Assembly (NCBI GenBank): GCA_000320545.1
Contig: ADNK01000149.1
Coordinates: 62,001-126,000 of the forward strand
Reading direction: 5' to 3'
Source: Bigelowiella natans CCMP2755
Lineage: Eukaryota > Protista > Cercozoa
DNA: 64,000 nt
Made by a program: the position numbers and the translations under genes. Shown here in pieces: positions 24,786 to 39,096 of this stretch; position 1 is the stretch's first letter, and the number at the start of each line of letters is the position of its first letter. A model generated the notes under the pieces. That model saw only the letters and a program-made list of their open reading frames with translations, had not been told where the DNA came from and did not search any database.

Positions 24786-25523
24786 CGAAAATCGCTCGCT
24801 GCACGAACGGGTGTTGTAGGAGTTGTTCCGAAACATCTTGTCGTTTTGTAAAAAACCGCATGTATTTCTCTAAATAATACAGCACATTCCATTCCATTAC
24901 TTTGAAAAAGGCAAGCATTGAACCAACGACGGAGCAGAAGAATGTCGTACAAAACATACCCGGAGAACTTTCGAATACTCAATTCGTCTCGAAATACCAT
25001 AACCAGGAGACGACTGACCTAAAAGTTCGCAGGGATGATAAAAATAATAAAAATAAAAAATAGATATATCTTCGATTACATATTGTCTAATTGCATCTGC
25101 AGACAGAAATTATTAAAGCGTTAAAAACAAACACGAGCAGTGATGTCACCACGGTGTGTCTAGGTCCGACCCTTCCTTGCCCACCTCTGCATTCACCGTT
25201 GCTTGACGAGTACGTGATCCAGGTAAGAGGATTTCCTGGGCTAGCACGGTCTGTACGGAGCGTCTGAACCACCATATTTCGGTAGAGTTGTTACAGGTTT
25301 AGTCTTACTCACGCAAAGCACTGACACACGTCCGTCCGTTTTAATGTTTGCTTGCAATAGATCTAGGTCATAATTTCCTCCCATGCACTTAAATTCACTC
25401 TTAAACTTCTTTCTCTGCTGATTCTTCGCTGCACTGACTACACCGGTGTTTGCTCTGGCTTTACCATCTCTGCCCTGGCATGGTCATTCCTTGATCTCCA
25501 TGATCTGTTATATCAAATAAGAT

Positions 25524-27964
25524 ATGCGGGGTTTACCACCTGGGCGTAGGATGTGGCTGGTGGCTGCAGTGGCCCTCGTGGCAATTGGCCTCGTTCTAGA
25601 AGCATATCAGGTGATGACTGCGGTGTCATCATCGCAGCAGCTGCCAGGAGTCGTAGATCTAGCGCAAAATGGTGGTGAAGATCAAGACATACGGCACTCG
25701 GTGCTCAAGGATATTGTCCAGGTGGAAAAAGAATGAAGAAATTCTGTTTAATATCATCCTATCTACTTGCTGCATTTCTCCCCTCTCACCAGGTATCCTT
25801 CAGCTGATGTACGTCGTTCTTATCCAGGTCTTGACGCCCTCGGAGAGAGGACGAATGGTCTCCATATTACGAGAGTCTCTTCATACGAATCAGACCCACA
25901 CCAATCCAAAGGAAAATAAAAATGATGCAGGGAAGTCCTCTTCATCATCATCATCATCATCATCCTCCACCACCACCACCACCACTGCTGTCTCAACATC
26001 AGACGAGTCTTCAATCAAATTTGAGTTACCCCCGAAAGTTGTGAAGAAGGAGCCAGAGCAGCCGCACAAAGAAAAGCCTAAAGAAAAGGTATTATAGGTA
26101 GGTTGTATATTTGCGAGTAGTGCTCTTACGTCATCACTCCCCTCTATCCGTATTACCACAGAAGCCTCCAACGACATCCGAGTCTGGGGAGGGAGGCAAG
26201 GTTCTTGCTAAGAATTCACAAAGAGGAAAGCAAATTTTGGACAACGCTCGCAGTAGAATCAAATACTTCTGAGCAAATGTTGTTCTTCTTTTTTCCTTCT
26301 TGTTCTGTTTGTGATAGACAATTCAGGTTGATTTAGGCGGTGATCCAGGCTCCATGCCGTTGTCGCACGGCCTGCAAGGGGGGTCCCGCGTCGTATTAGA
26401 AGGGACGTTTCTGGGAGGTTGTTTTGCCCTTGAGCTGATGGATAAGGATTCTAAGAATATACAGCACCACCTCAACTTTAGGTTGGTATTAATATTAGCA
26501 AAAGAAGTAATAGTAGTAGTGTAAGAAGTAACAGTAAAGCTCCATCAACGTCCATGTTCTGGTCCAATCTCTACCCGTACTCTTCTCTCTCTCTCCCCTC
26601 CTATCACTCACTTGTATATGCGCAATATAGGCCAAAACGAGGCCAGGTGGTGTCGTCCACCTACTTGGGGGGGTGGGGTACTGAGTATGTACACAGCGGA
26701 ATGCCTCTTGAAGAGCAGCAAAAGTTCTCTGTCGTCCTGGATATCATCAAGCCAGCAGAGGTGTGATTGATTGATGATGTTGCACGGTGTCGAATTCCTG
26801 CCTCACCCCCTTCCACCCTCCTCCTTTCAATTCTTCATCTCCCAGCTGATGCTGCTACCTCATGGTGGTAATTTGACGGCATTTGCTGCATATTATTTAT
26901 TGTAGGAGCGGCAGCCATGGACCCTCTCCGCAAAAGCAAACGGCAAGACAGTCTTCGAATCGGTTGATACTTAAAGAATGCCATCATTTTCATACTGTCA
27001 TCATTGCTATCATCATATTTGCTACTTCCTACGGCTGTGTGCTATACTAGAGGGGTAGTAAATGACAACTCCTTAGCATTCTGCGATCGATCGATCACAC
27101 AGCGGGCGCAAGCAAAATACCAATTGAGTTGAGAAAGTTATCATATTTGAACGCCCTTTTCACCATCTTCTTCCTCTTCCTTCTTCCTTCGCCTGTTTCG
27201 TCGTCCTCCTCTTCCCTTGCAGCTCCTGATACCTGATTTCTTCCTGGTGAAGAAAGTTCGTGTCCATGACGGATGTTCCAAGCAAGCGCATAATAAGTTC
27301 GGGAGTTGTTCCTTTTCAGAGAGATGATGATGATGATGATGATGATGATAACAATGATGGTTTATGTCATCTGTGCTGGAGTAATGATGATCGCTCGGTG
27401 CACTTTATCCTCAACAGATCATGTATTAACACAAATATGCATTTATACATCTGTACTGAATTCGCCTTCTCCTTTCTGTGATATTGATTGGTTGTCATGT
27501 TACGTGCACACTCAGATACGATGTGCTGAAAGTTGTGGGTGCCCCGAAAGACGCTCTAGAACCTCCCAAGATGGAATTCAATGAGAAGGTGATCATGCGT
27601 GTTTGCGTGTGGGTGGTGTATGTATCTATGTACGTGTGTATGCTTAGGTACAGCTTTCTACGATATAGCATCATCATCATCATCATCATCATCATTACCA
27701 GGTGACCCCTGAGGGCCCTTCTGAGAAAACGATCATGCTTATCGGAGTCCTCTCCGCCCCGAAAAACCAGGTAGTAGTAGTGGTAGTATTATCAAATCAA
27801 CGAATCTGTAGTGAGTATTTGGGAGGGAGGAGATAGTGGAGGTGGAGGAGGAGAAGGATGCAACATCGCCACGGGTGTCGTCTTCGTGTTACGGAGTGAG
27901 TTTGCAGTGATGATGGAGTATCATTGGACGCGAAAACAAACATATGTGTGTGTGTGTGTGTGTG

Positions 27965-28000
<36 letters not shown>

Positions 28001-28068
28001 AAACAGCGCGGCTCGCAACGGCGATCTTGGTTAAACCACAAATTCTGCACGTCGGGGTATACAAATGC

Positions 28069-28099
<31 letters not shown>

Positions 28100-29107
28100 T
28101 TCATAGGCGGTGACTGCGGGACACGGCTGTTGACTGATAGTAGCAAGATTGATGTATCATAGGAAATAGTATGCATGCTATTTTCTACAATTCTTTATTG
28201 ATGCTTCATTGGAACAACCCCTCACATATCCTAATTATACGATGATGATGGTGTTGACAGTGAAGGCCTTGTAAGATTCTTTGTCGGAAAATCAGGAAAT
28301 GAGAGGATCGATAATGTTCGTTATAGTTGTACCCGTCATCAGCATCAGCATCACTATCGCCATCACATAATAGTACCCGTTATTCTCCTTCCTCCTCCTC
28401 CTCTGCTATCCTCAATGATTCTAACATAATAATTCATCGTCAAGAGAGAAGAGAGAAAGAGAGTGAGAGAGAGGGGGGGGGGGGGGATGGAGGGGGGAGA
28501 GAGTCCTAAAGATTTATTCCATCTTCTTTATACGACAGATGGTGATCGAGGAGAATAAAAAGACAGGGGACATCATCATCCTTCCTGACCACAAGGTAGT
28601 TAAGTGGCAAGCAGCAGCAGCAGCAGCACGCATGCATCAGCAGAAGAGCATATGCAAATTTTGACAATAATAAGTGGATATTGGATGATGATGATGATGA
28701 CGATGATTATTGGCTAATACAACAAACGAAATACAGTGAAACAGCGATGCTGCTTAGTACAAGGAATGTAGGAGACAACAACCACAAAATCCTACTTGCA
28801 GCAGCAAAAAAAACACCATATTCATTATTATCATCACTATCATTATTATCATTACTACTAGTAATATTTAATTGTTTATTCTATTCTAGGAGGACTACTA
28901 TAATATAGCAGGGAAAACTGCTGCGATGGTACATTACGCCGTGAACACCGGTGTGAAGTTTCTCTTAAAGGTGGTAGCTAGCTGCGCTGCTCTTATCTGC
29001 CTATGTAGCCAGTTAAATAGATATCATTATGACGAGGAGTGGGAAGAAGAAGAAGAAGAAGAAGAAGAAGAAGAAGAAACAAATGCGCAAAAGGAAAGAA
29101 TATGGAG

Positions 29108-29148
<41 letters not shown>

Positions 29149-30582
29149 AACACCATATTGACTCTGGGGGCGGAACCATAATATCGGCAATACCACCCTC
29201 GTCGCGAATATCGTCGTTATCAATCATCAGTCGTCATCATCACCGTTGCTTCTTCCTCTTTTTCACAAACACAATAATACGCACACTGTATCTCCGGGGC
29301 GTCTTATTTGCCGTATTCGCCTCGGTCGTAAGTGATGCAAGATTAATAGCAAGAGAATTGGTAGCAAAAAGATCAGCAGCCTGCATCCTCTCTCCTGTGT
29401 ACGCTGTAGTTGTCTTCTCAACAGAATAAGGCGCTAACGAGTAAAGAAATATGTGCTATTGTACGCATCATTTCTCTCTCTCCTTCGCCGTCACTTGATA
29501 TGCTCTGCAATATATCAGTATAGTATATTGACACGCGTATGAATACTAACATTGCGCAACATCATTATCACTATTTCTACGCAGTGCGATGACGACACTT
29601 ATGTAGACGTCGATCAGATTAGGCAAGGTGATATTCGTGTTGGTTGTTTGAGCGTGGTGTTGCTGCTATTGCCCAACAGTGCTTCTTGTAGGAAGGAGCA
29701 GTAGAAGTAGTGGTGGTGGTGGTGGTTGTAGCGGATGTACGACGACCAATCTCAGTACTAACATCGAGACGCAGCTTCGTCGATTATGCAATGAAAATAA
29801 GAACAATTATGTTAATATGGATAGTTAAGATTGTTTATTCCTTGCTATGATGGCGACAAATTCCTAATAGGCATCAGTGGCGCTGGGGGAGGCCTCGTGC
29901 TAGCAGCAATAACGTGAGAGAATGCAACAATATTCGAATGAGAACGCATTGACTGTGTGCCAGGAGAAAGGGGAGAAGGGGTGGGAGATTTGTTACGGTT
30001 TCTGTTCTATTTCATCCACAATGATGCTCGTAACACACACACACACACAAACAAATACACACGTACGTACACTGGCTGGATATGGTACTTATCACCACTA
30101 CATGTTGCCAGATACAACGGAGGAGCGCAAAGGAGTGGAAAGTGGGCCATGCCGACATCCGATTACGCGCCAAGCAGGTGTAGTCTTGGACCAAATACAA
30201 CGACGACAGGACGACAGAGAACACAGCCTAAACTACTACCGTGGAACTTCCTGACTAGTATCGCAGTTGTTGATATTCACGTTTTCTCTCTAGTTCTCCA
30301 TGGGTTCGTCGTTAGTAATATGACGATAATGATGATAATGATGATAATGTTGTTGCTGTTGTTGTTTCGAAAATGGCCCTGCAGATACCCACCGTTCCCT
30401 CATGGCCCAGGCTACGTCATTGGCATCGACATCCTGAAGCACGCTCACAAAAAACTTAACGTCAGATTAACACTCATATAGCGGCACGCGTGATGATGGT
30501 GATGATGATGATGATCGTTTATTCATGAAGAGCAACACACACACACACACACACACACACACTTAAACACGTATACACATAT

Positions 30583-30629
<47 letters not shown>

Positions 30630-31941
30630 TATACATAAATTAAAATATACAATATCGCGGCGCACTCACACAACGTAGGCCGGCACGCTAAGACCACTTG
30701 CCCTTGAAGACGTCTCCATGGGAGTATGGGTTGACTCACAGAATATATTAGGAAAAAACATCTGAACCTAAAGCGTAGATTCACTTACAAACACATTCGC
30801 ACGCCTAACTATGAGGTGTGGCGTGTGTTGACGTGCTGCATTTCAATGGCCGCTATATCTGCAAGATAAGCTGTTGTGCATCTGTGTGCTGTGAGCGATT
30901 AGTTTCCCCCTCTCCACCATGCATGATCATCATTGCTTGTTTTTAGATTGATGATGCACGCAAGAACGGCATCCATGTCAACTACCAGTCTCGCAAAGGT
31001 GGGTGGGGTGTGGTGGCGATTGTTTCTTCTCTGTATCGTCGTTTTAAGGGAAAAGTGAAGATAAAGAACAAGAAGAGGAGGAGAGGAATTTTACGCGCAG
31101 TAGGAGATGATGAGGAGGGGAGGCTTATGAAAATAGATAAGAGAGAGAGAGAGAGAGTGATAGAATGATAGAATTACCATCTTCCGTCCTTCACTTACTT
31201 TGCTCTTCTCACTGCCAGGATCGAGTAGAGGCTCTGTGAATATTGGCGGGTTGTTATTACGATAACCTATAAATCCGGCACATACAACACTTACAAATAG
31301 TGCAATGCATGTGTATGCGACGATGTGGCGACGGTGTGATCTACGTGGGGTTAGGAAGAGTAGGAAGCGTCATCATTCTTGCTACTAATTGATAATGGAT
31401 GTTTTTTCGGTTGTAATGATGATCTTTCTTTGTGTTGCTGGGTCGCATCGTCGGTGATTGTCCCTGCTGTAGATGTCACCCTGGCGCGATGATCAGCCAT
31501 TATATGCTCCCAGAACAAATGGTTTGTATGTGGGATAAACAGCAAAGGTGATGCTGCAGCTAGTGGTGGTGCTTGTGGTGGCTATGGTGAAGACAACCAC
31601 GAGTCATGAATCTCTTTGTATACATTGGTGGTGGAGGAACGCGCGTGATGACGGCGGCGACTTTGAATTACCTTTCGACGATGCAACATGTGATATGAGC
31701 TGCTTTTTGCTACTACTGCTGCTACTAGTGATGATGATGAGACAGCACCATATATAACAGATATGATAGATAAGAAGCTCAAGGGACAAATGAACATTAG
31801 CAATATATGCCTGATGATAATGTTGGTATCTGACGAAGATGTCGAATCGTTGTTATAGCTATCTGCCAATTGTTTCCGGTGTTTACTCATACTCACTTAC
31901 ACCTCTCATCCATCAGGGGGGAGTCCAATCTTTGTTGTTAG
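25524..31941 (+). CDS. Type II membrane galectin + GT31 beta-1,3-galactosyltransferase (plant Hyp-O-galactosyltransferase GALT-like)
   Basis: N-terminal TM. Galectin: HHLNFR/P..VVSSTYLGGWGTE. GT31: LIGVLSAPKN, RRSW, VRFFVG, EDYYNIAGKT, KCDDDTYV, SGKW, YPPFPHGPGYVI, LEDVSMGVW, ISHYMLPEQMVCMWDKQQ..CC*. Confidence 0.92.
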
Positions 31942-32069
31942 TAGTCGTCGAGGCAGTCGTTGGTTGAAAGATTGAAGATGCGTGCAGATCACTGGCTGAC
32001 AAAAAAGAATTTGATCGAAAGCGATGAGTCCGAAGTTTTACTAGCTCAAAACGTGCGCATTTTGATGTA

Positions 32070-32190
32070 AGACGGATGTAATTAATCAATTATATTTGTT
32101 CAATGGTCATCCTTATTTAGCTATGCGATGCAGCGGCTACAGCGCTAATGTTGAACATGTTGGTTTCCGCTATATGATGTGTTTCATGCA
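32070..32190. repeat. Dispersed repeat, copy B (paralog at 7391-7508)
   Basis: Colinear similarity with copy A, including an exact 17-mer gcagcggctacagcgct. Confidence 0.8.
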
Positions 32191-32259
32191 ATATCAAGTG
32201 CATGTTCGTTGTTTTGGTCTGGAATGTACATGTAGCTGAGTCATAGCGAACCAGCCCTA

Positions 32260-32680
32260 CTAGCCTAGCTAGCTAGCTCGCTGGCTGTTTCATCGCAGCA
32301 TGCTGGTCTACATGTTGGCTGACATCCCCATGCGATGATATGGGACATTTCACGAATGTGCAGTGATGACGAAGAACTTGTGTGAATTTAGCTCGCCTCT
32401 CTCGAACCGATGTGCATTCGCTGCCCAGAGCCTCCGCAATCAGATGGACTCCAGCTTGACACACACGCGCCAATGTCTAGGAAGGCACAGCACAGCTGTC
32501 CAGATTTGAACGATGCTGCTGTGCGGGCTAGCTAGCTAGTTGCCAACATCAGCATGCAGATGATGACAATTTTTGGGAGAAAAACAAAAAAAAACAAGTC
32601 AGGAATTGTTCCAGACTAGCAGAAGCCATGCTAGCATGCTGTGCATTGTGATTGGAGTTGTGTCTTTTGCATGTTGACAC
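32260..32680. other. TpA-depleted, CTAG-sparing intergenic tract
   Basis: About 10 CTAG versus 3 other TpA (CTAC, ATAT, TTAG) in about 420 bp. Confidence 0.75.
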
Positions 32681-32725
32681 ATTTAAATGTGAACTTGCAT
32701 CGCGCAGGCCCGCAACACGTATATT

Positions 32726-32886
32726 GACATAAAGTCTCTATAGCGTACGTACCGGGTTTTCGGCACATATGTTACTCTAACACACATGTGGCTCAAAAAC
32801 ATATGTACTGAGCTACATGTGTTTGGTGTGATGTGAACTACAAATGTTCGCACGTGCGTACGCTATATAGACATAAAGTCTCTATA
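32726..32886. mobile_element. Possible MITE-like insertion: 17-bp direct repeats enclosing 14-bp inverted repeats
   Basis: gacataaagtctctata at 32726-32742 and 32870-32886. Inverted repeat tatagcgtacgtac (32739-32752) / gtgcgtacgctata (32854-32867), 1 mismatch. Confidence 0.45.
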
Positions 32887-33455
32887 CACGGGGCTAGCCC
32901 CCTGTCTCGACTTTCTACATCAAGCTCGTTGTTCGAACTGATGACGTTTCAAGTGCCATTGACAGGGCTCCCTGTGCGATGCAGACTTGGACGCGTGCCT
33001 TTGCAGCCAAGTGCACACGTGGATTCATCAACAATAATTCATCGCGACATCCATCTCGACTTTCATTTTCCCCCGCCTAACTACATGCTGATCGTGGCAA
33101 GCGGCCTGCGCACAGCGTTGCTATCAGACTACACGCTCTACATATGCTCGACAAATCTCTGGTTGGATGGTGGGCGATATCTTTTATACATTAACTTGTG
33201 ATTTGCTTGCGATTCATAGGTAATGGAAGCATGAAGAAGAAGAAGCTCATATACTTTCAATTCTAAAACTCGATTAAGCTTTCGGCGCCATCGCCACCTT
33301 TTACTTGTTCACTTATCTTGTGCCGCCCCAGCGGCCGACACACGATCGAACGTAGGAACTACTATCCGTCCGAAAACTCTTTGTACTGAAAAGGTTGTTA
33401 TCATCATCTTCTTCTTCATCATAATCATCATCATAGCATCATCCAGCAAACCTTA

Positions 33456-35269
33456 TCAATCATAATGCTGGTGCTGAATTTGTTGGCGTCGCCTATCGCG
33501 AAGCCGATGGTTGGACGACACGGTCTTGTAGGCCACGTAAACACCTCCTCCAGCAATCCCGCACGTGAGTAAGAGGTAACCGATCACAACGCTAGTCGCA
33601 CCCAACAATGCAAGGCCATAGAAAGCCATCCCACTTATCTATGGTGCAGAGAAGGAAAACATATGGTGTTTAGTATGTCTTCACAATACTATGTTGCACG
33701 TAATCCATTTACTGCAGATTTCGTTACGTCCCCACATCACCCTAACCCCTTGTGTAACAATATCGCTTTTTGTTGGTAAGTCTATGGATGATAAACTAAC
33801 AGAGCTGCTGACACACAAGTTTATATTATGCTTTTGGCTGTATATGAATTAAATAACAACTCATCGCTTTGTTTCAAGAACACTTTGCGATTTGAGAAGC
33901 AATTTGGAACATTATCTGTTAACTTTTCGCGAATGAAGATGCTGGGGTGTGATGTGATCAGCGGCTATGACTAATGGAACTTACAAAGGACGGCTGGAAG
34001 GAGCGGATAACCCAAATGATAGAGAATGTAAAGTTAATGAGCGTGAGGAAGAATCCAATGGTGAAGTTGAACGCAATCTGGAATATTTTAATATTGGCCG
34101 TCAATTGTGTGCAACAAAAGCGTAATGAATCTTTGTGATACTTCACACAGGCATTCAAATCAGCAATTTCACAAATATCATCATCATTCCGAATAATCGA
34201 GATCTAAAAACCCAAGTAGTTTTCTTCTTCTTCAACGACATGCTGCAGGCAGGAGGGAAGCATATTCATTTTAGTGCCGTGCTGAATCAAGAAAACAATG
34301 TGGTTATGGACGTGTAGGGATAATCTCACCTGCAGGACCCAACGAATGATGAATTGTAGACTTTCTTCGTCGCGCCGTTGGGTGAATAGTATAGAGGTGA
34401 TTGCATCCCAAAGTGTCTGCCGTTTTGCGAAGGCCTTCCCAGCGTCAACTTTCTCCCAAAACTTCTGACGTGCTTCACTAAGCCCTCGATTGCTCCACAA
34501 TCCAAGCTTGGACTTCGCATCTGTTACGATCAATTTCACTTCTTCGGAGTATTAATTCACAGTTGATACTTGCGTGCGTGCTTTGTACAATGCTCTCACA
34601 GTATATTATAGTGCGCCCTTGTGTTTTTGATGGAAGAAAACTTGGAAATTACATACCTGACTCAATGGAATCGATTTTTGACTCAACCTTCTTCAGTTCC
34701 GCCTCATATTCACTCCTCTTACTCCAGAGCTCGTTCACAATCTTAGATTTCTCTTCGTCCAAACGCCAGTAAAGCGGGATACCGCCCGTATGAGCGTTCA
34801 TCTCCTTGTCTAACTCATTAATCTTGACGACGATTGGTGTCCTAATTTCCCGGATACCCTCCGCATCTTCCATGATGGCCATATATTGGGCTTCCATCTG
34901 CGGTAGGTTCAAAGTGAAAATGAGATTTGCACAGAAATGGTTGCGAGTCCACTTCTCTATTCTCCCATCACAAAAGATGTGCAAAAAGAGAAACTTCGCG
35001 ATGTTTCTCCACTCAATCAAGAAAACACCCACTACCTATCCTTCCAATTAATACCAATTCCCCCTAATGTAATGAATCTCTTTATCGAGGTGTACCTCCT
35101 TCGTGATTTCCACCGGAGCTCTCGCTATTAGCATGATATAAAGGCCTAGAAGCCAAAGGAACCAAGCAGTGGCCTTCTTGGGAGTTGTAGGGCCAATGGC
35201 CTGAGCCACGACGGTCAAGCCCCCCTTTCCCTCGCTTTGGCTTCGTACGACACTAGTGTTGTCGGCCAT
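33456..35269 (-). CDS. Uncharacterised multi-pass membrane protein with coiled-coil loop
   Basis: In-frame GT-AG exons: N-terminal TM (AWFLWLLGLYIMLIA), coiled coil, DAKSKLGLWSNRGLSEARQKFW..GKAFAKRQTLWDAI, three C-terminal TMs, basic tail. Confidence 0.8.
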
Positions 35270-35649
35270 TTCGAGATAGGTGCCGGCAACACGCAAGCAA
35301 CGGATTCGTTTTTGTTATATTTGGAAGCTATTTTCTTACTGCGACAACATCTTTGTGGAGGATCTTGAGTTTGCCCAAGATCCGCAACTCTCTGCGGAAA
35401 TGAAAGGAGTTTGCGCTCTGTATCATGCCATGTATCTTGACGTAGGGCTGAAATGATAAAGAGGGTCGAATCAAGAAGTACGACATATATTACATGCTGT
35501 CGTAGATAAATATTCAATGTAGTTTTTATCAAGAAAGGGCCAGCCGAATCAAAATCGTATCATCACAACCGTCTCTAGTCTTGAGCAACCCTCTATGAAA
35601 ATATGAACGCCTCTGGGGTTAGTGGTGAAACGTGAGGACTTTTCCTGTG

Positions 35650-37880
35650 ATGGGCTCAGGATCGAGCAGCAGAAATGCCGAAAAAAATGAAAAGAAATGT
35701 TGCAAAGCAGACTCTCCCAAAGAAGTAGTGGCTAGGGATACAGGGAAGGCGAAATGTCAGTCTCAATCAGCAATTGCAGAGATGCCTCCAACTAAAAGCG
35801 ATTCGGATTCAGAGGATGATGAACAAGGTACGGGAGCAACACCTCCTCCCATCGCTATTTATACTAATGGAAGAGAGGCCCTTGCTGCTGCCATGGAATC
35901 TGTCTCCCCACAAGAAAGGAATAACAAGAAAATCACCGGCAGGTTTCAAGCAGCCCCAAGTAAACGAACTTCCGCCAGACTCCTTGCAGCCTCTGCCCGA
36001 GCTGATCTTGAAGCCGTCAAGAGACTTATCGACAAGAAAGCAAGGTTGGTCACATACCTTTTTATAACCCTTTTTATAATAATCCACGAATATGTTGCAT
36101 TGATAATCAGCGGGATTCCGATGATATGCGTACATGCATACTATATACATATTGATTGCATGATTTTATGAAATTAAATATGTACCACAAGGAATACATT
36201 TAATTGGACAGGTAGTTGTGGAGGTGTGATGATAATTTTGAATGGTGATTGCATCATGGAGAGAGGGAAAGTTGCCATTGATTCATTCCGTCATCCATCT
36301 AACAAATTACTCGATCCTCTTGCAGTGTAAATTCACTTTCAGAATCCGTTTCCTCACGACATTACCGAACACCCCTGATGGAGGCTTGCCTTGGCCTTGC
36401 GATTGCTGCTCATGCTGCTGAAGGCTCCCTCTCTACCAGACCTTCACCCACTCTCGCTGACGCTCCTGCCGCTGCTTGTTCTCCTCGTGACAAAGGGGAG
36501 GAGGAAAGTATGCTCAGGCAGCGGATCTCTGTGGTGAGGTATCTCATCCAGGAAGGGTCAGCAAAAGTAGATGCGAGGGATAAAAAGCGACGTACAGCGC
36601 TCATGCAACTGTGCTCAGTTCGACCCCTGTCTGAAGAAAGCTCTATGGGCACGGTGGAGCTATATGGGATGGTACGCTATTTAGTGGAGGAGGCACGCGC
36701 AGACGTCGATGCCAAGAACAAGTTTGGCTGGACGGCTCTCCAAAGCGCGGTGTCCATGAGGTATGTACTGTCATTGAGAGTGGTAGACAAGGGAAGAGAG
36801 AGCAAGCAGTATGACGGGGGAGGGGGTGGGTAACTGTCAATATTTACGATATGTTGTTTCTCTTCGACTTGGAAAGTAATGGTGGTTTCCTCTCCTTCTT
36901 TCTATTGTTGTGGCAAATTATGTAGCTTGGACCGTTCGTGCCATGACCACAGCTTCAGGATGCTAAAATATCTAGTAGAAAAGGCAGGAGCTATGGTCAA
37001 CACACGGGACGTAAATGGTGTTACGGCACTTATGGATGTGGCAGCTCATGGGAAATCGGGAAGAAGAGGAGAAGAGGTGGTAGAAAACAAAAAAGTGCTT
37101 GCTGAAACTACGATGGAAGAAGAAGGAAAAAAAGAGAGAAACGCAGAAAATTGTCCACAAAAGCTAATACGGCAACTGGGAAAGAAAGGTAGCTCGGAGA
37201 TACAGAAAGAGCAGGAAGAAGGGAGAACAGAAGAAAGTAAGCGGTCAGCAACCAGCATAAAAAGCAACAATGGCAGTAGTGGCAGCACCTCCTTGATAGT
37301 GGCGCGATATTTGGTTGAGGAGGCCCACGCCAACATCAACATACGCAACAATGAAGGACACACCGCGCTGATGTTAGCTCGTGATGCGGATGTAAGGCGG
37401 TATCTAGTCGAGATGGGAGCGGATGTCGATGCACAGGATGATCGAGGATGGACGGCGTTGTTTTTTGCCACTGAAAACGGCGATCTAGACGCCGCGCGAT
37501 ACTTAGTTGAAAAGGCGAGAGCTAATCCTACTATCGAGAACCTCAATGGTTTTACCGCCCATTGTGCAGAGAGCATGCCGATGCTGGCCTCTACCCACAA
37601 TTTTATCAAGCGAGGCAGACTAAAAACACGACGATACCTCATGGAAGCAAGCTGCCAAGTGAAGGTGATAAATTTTTATCGTACAATATCCACTTTGCCT
37701 AATGCATCTTTTGATCAAAGTCATCAATAATCTTTCTATCGTCTACTAATCAAACGAAGGACGTGATGACATGTGTTGTACAATCAGAAAGCACAACTGA
37801 AGGACATTTTGGCAAGAGATACCCCAGACATTAATATGATACATTGGATGATAATAATGGCTATCGACGACAATATGTAG
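35650..37880 (+). CDS. Ankyrin-repeat protein, MGSGSS N-myristoylation-like start
   Basis: Repeated VRYLVEEAxADVDAxNxxGWTAL motifs in ORFs 36378-36833 and 36879-37730; last exon uncertain. Confidence 0.88.
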
Positions 37881-38908
37881 GACTAGCAATGTTGTCGCTT
37901 CTGTTCGCGATCGATACTGATTATATATGTATAGACATATAATTGGCTTGGTCGTGCCGCTGATCGACTTGCTTAGTCTGCATAACAAATGCTTAATTTC
38001 CTCATAAATTTCCACAGTAGAATAAGCAAACCCGTGTAGCATGTACATAACATGTCCACATTATAACATTCTAAAACATCTACGCTACACCGAAGCCCTA
38101 TGAAGTTAATGCATGAGCTGTTGCATTGTAAATACTACTAGAATGTCGCATAAACTTGGCGGTCATTTCATAATCACGTTATACTCTACACATGCTTAAA
38201 TTCTGTGCATTATGAATATATGCCACCGCATGCACAGCACTAGAGCAGTAGGTATGGCAGATATACGTTGAGGGAGAGTACGATACGTTGGGTTTGCTTA
38301 CCGAATATGCGAGATCGAGGTCTACCAGTGCTGGGCAATATGCGAGCATTCCGTGCTATCTATCCACTTACATCTTGAGAATATGTTTATCCAGAGAGGT
38401 TGCGGGTTGTGAGGAGTTTTAATGGTTGTAGTAATACATGCCGGGCGAAGGAAGCCAAGACGTTCTGGTCTCACATACTAAGACTCCAGCTGTGCAGTGC
38501 GCGTCGTGTTTTACATGTGTGCACACATCTTATTCTTTCTATTTTCCCTGCCATAACGTTCGGCTACGCACCAATTCAATCCTACCCTTCACACACACAC
38601 ACACACACACACGCACACACACACACACACGCACACACACCAACCCACTTCTTCGTCCCGAAGAAGGCTCGGATCATCGGATCAACCCTTCTCGAGTTTT
38701 GGACACCGATAATTTCCGCTCTGCGACATCAATCACCCTTGATTTTTTTCTACGACAACATTTTCTTTTGTGTCTCAGCAACTAAATTGAACCATATCTG
38801 GTACAAAAATCATGGGTATTTTCCCGATGTCCTGCAGCTTTTCATCCTAAATTCTTTCCCTTCCTCCTCCTCCTCCTCCTCCTCCTCCTCCCGTCTTCTT
38901 CTCTTGCG

Positions 38909-39061
38909 ATGGACTCAGTCACTGCCCATGCTGGGTTCCATGAAGAAGAGCCTGGTGAGGAAAGCAGCTATGCGCAGCATGGAAAAGAGGACGGGATTAG
39001 CGAGCAACAATCCCATTCGATCGCAGGTTTCCGACAAACCTGACTAGTGCCCCCTGTTTCT

Positions 39062-39096
<35 letters not shown>

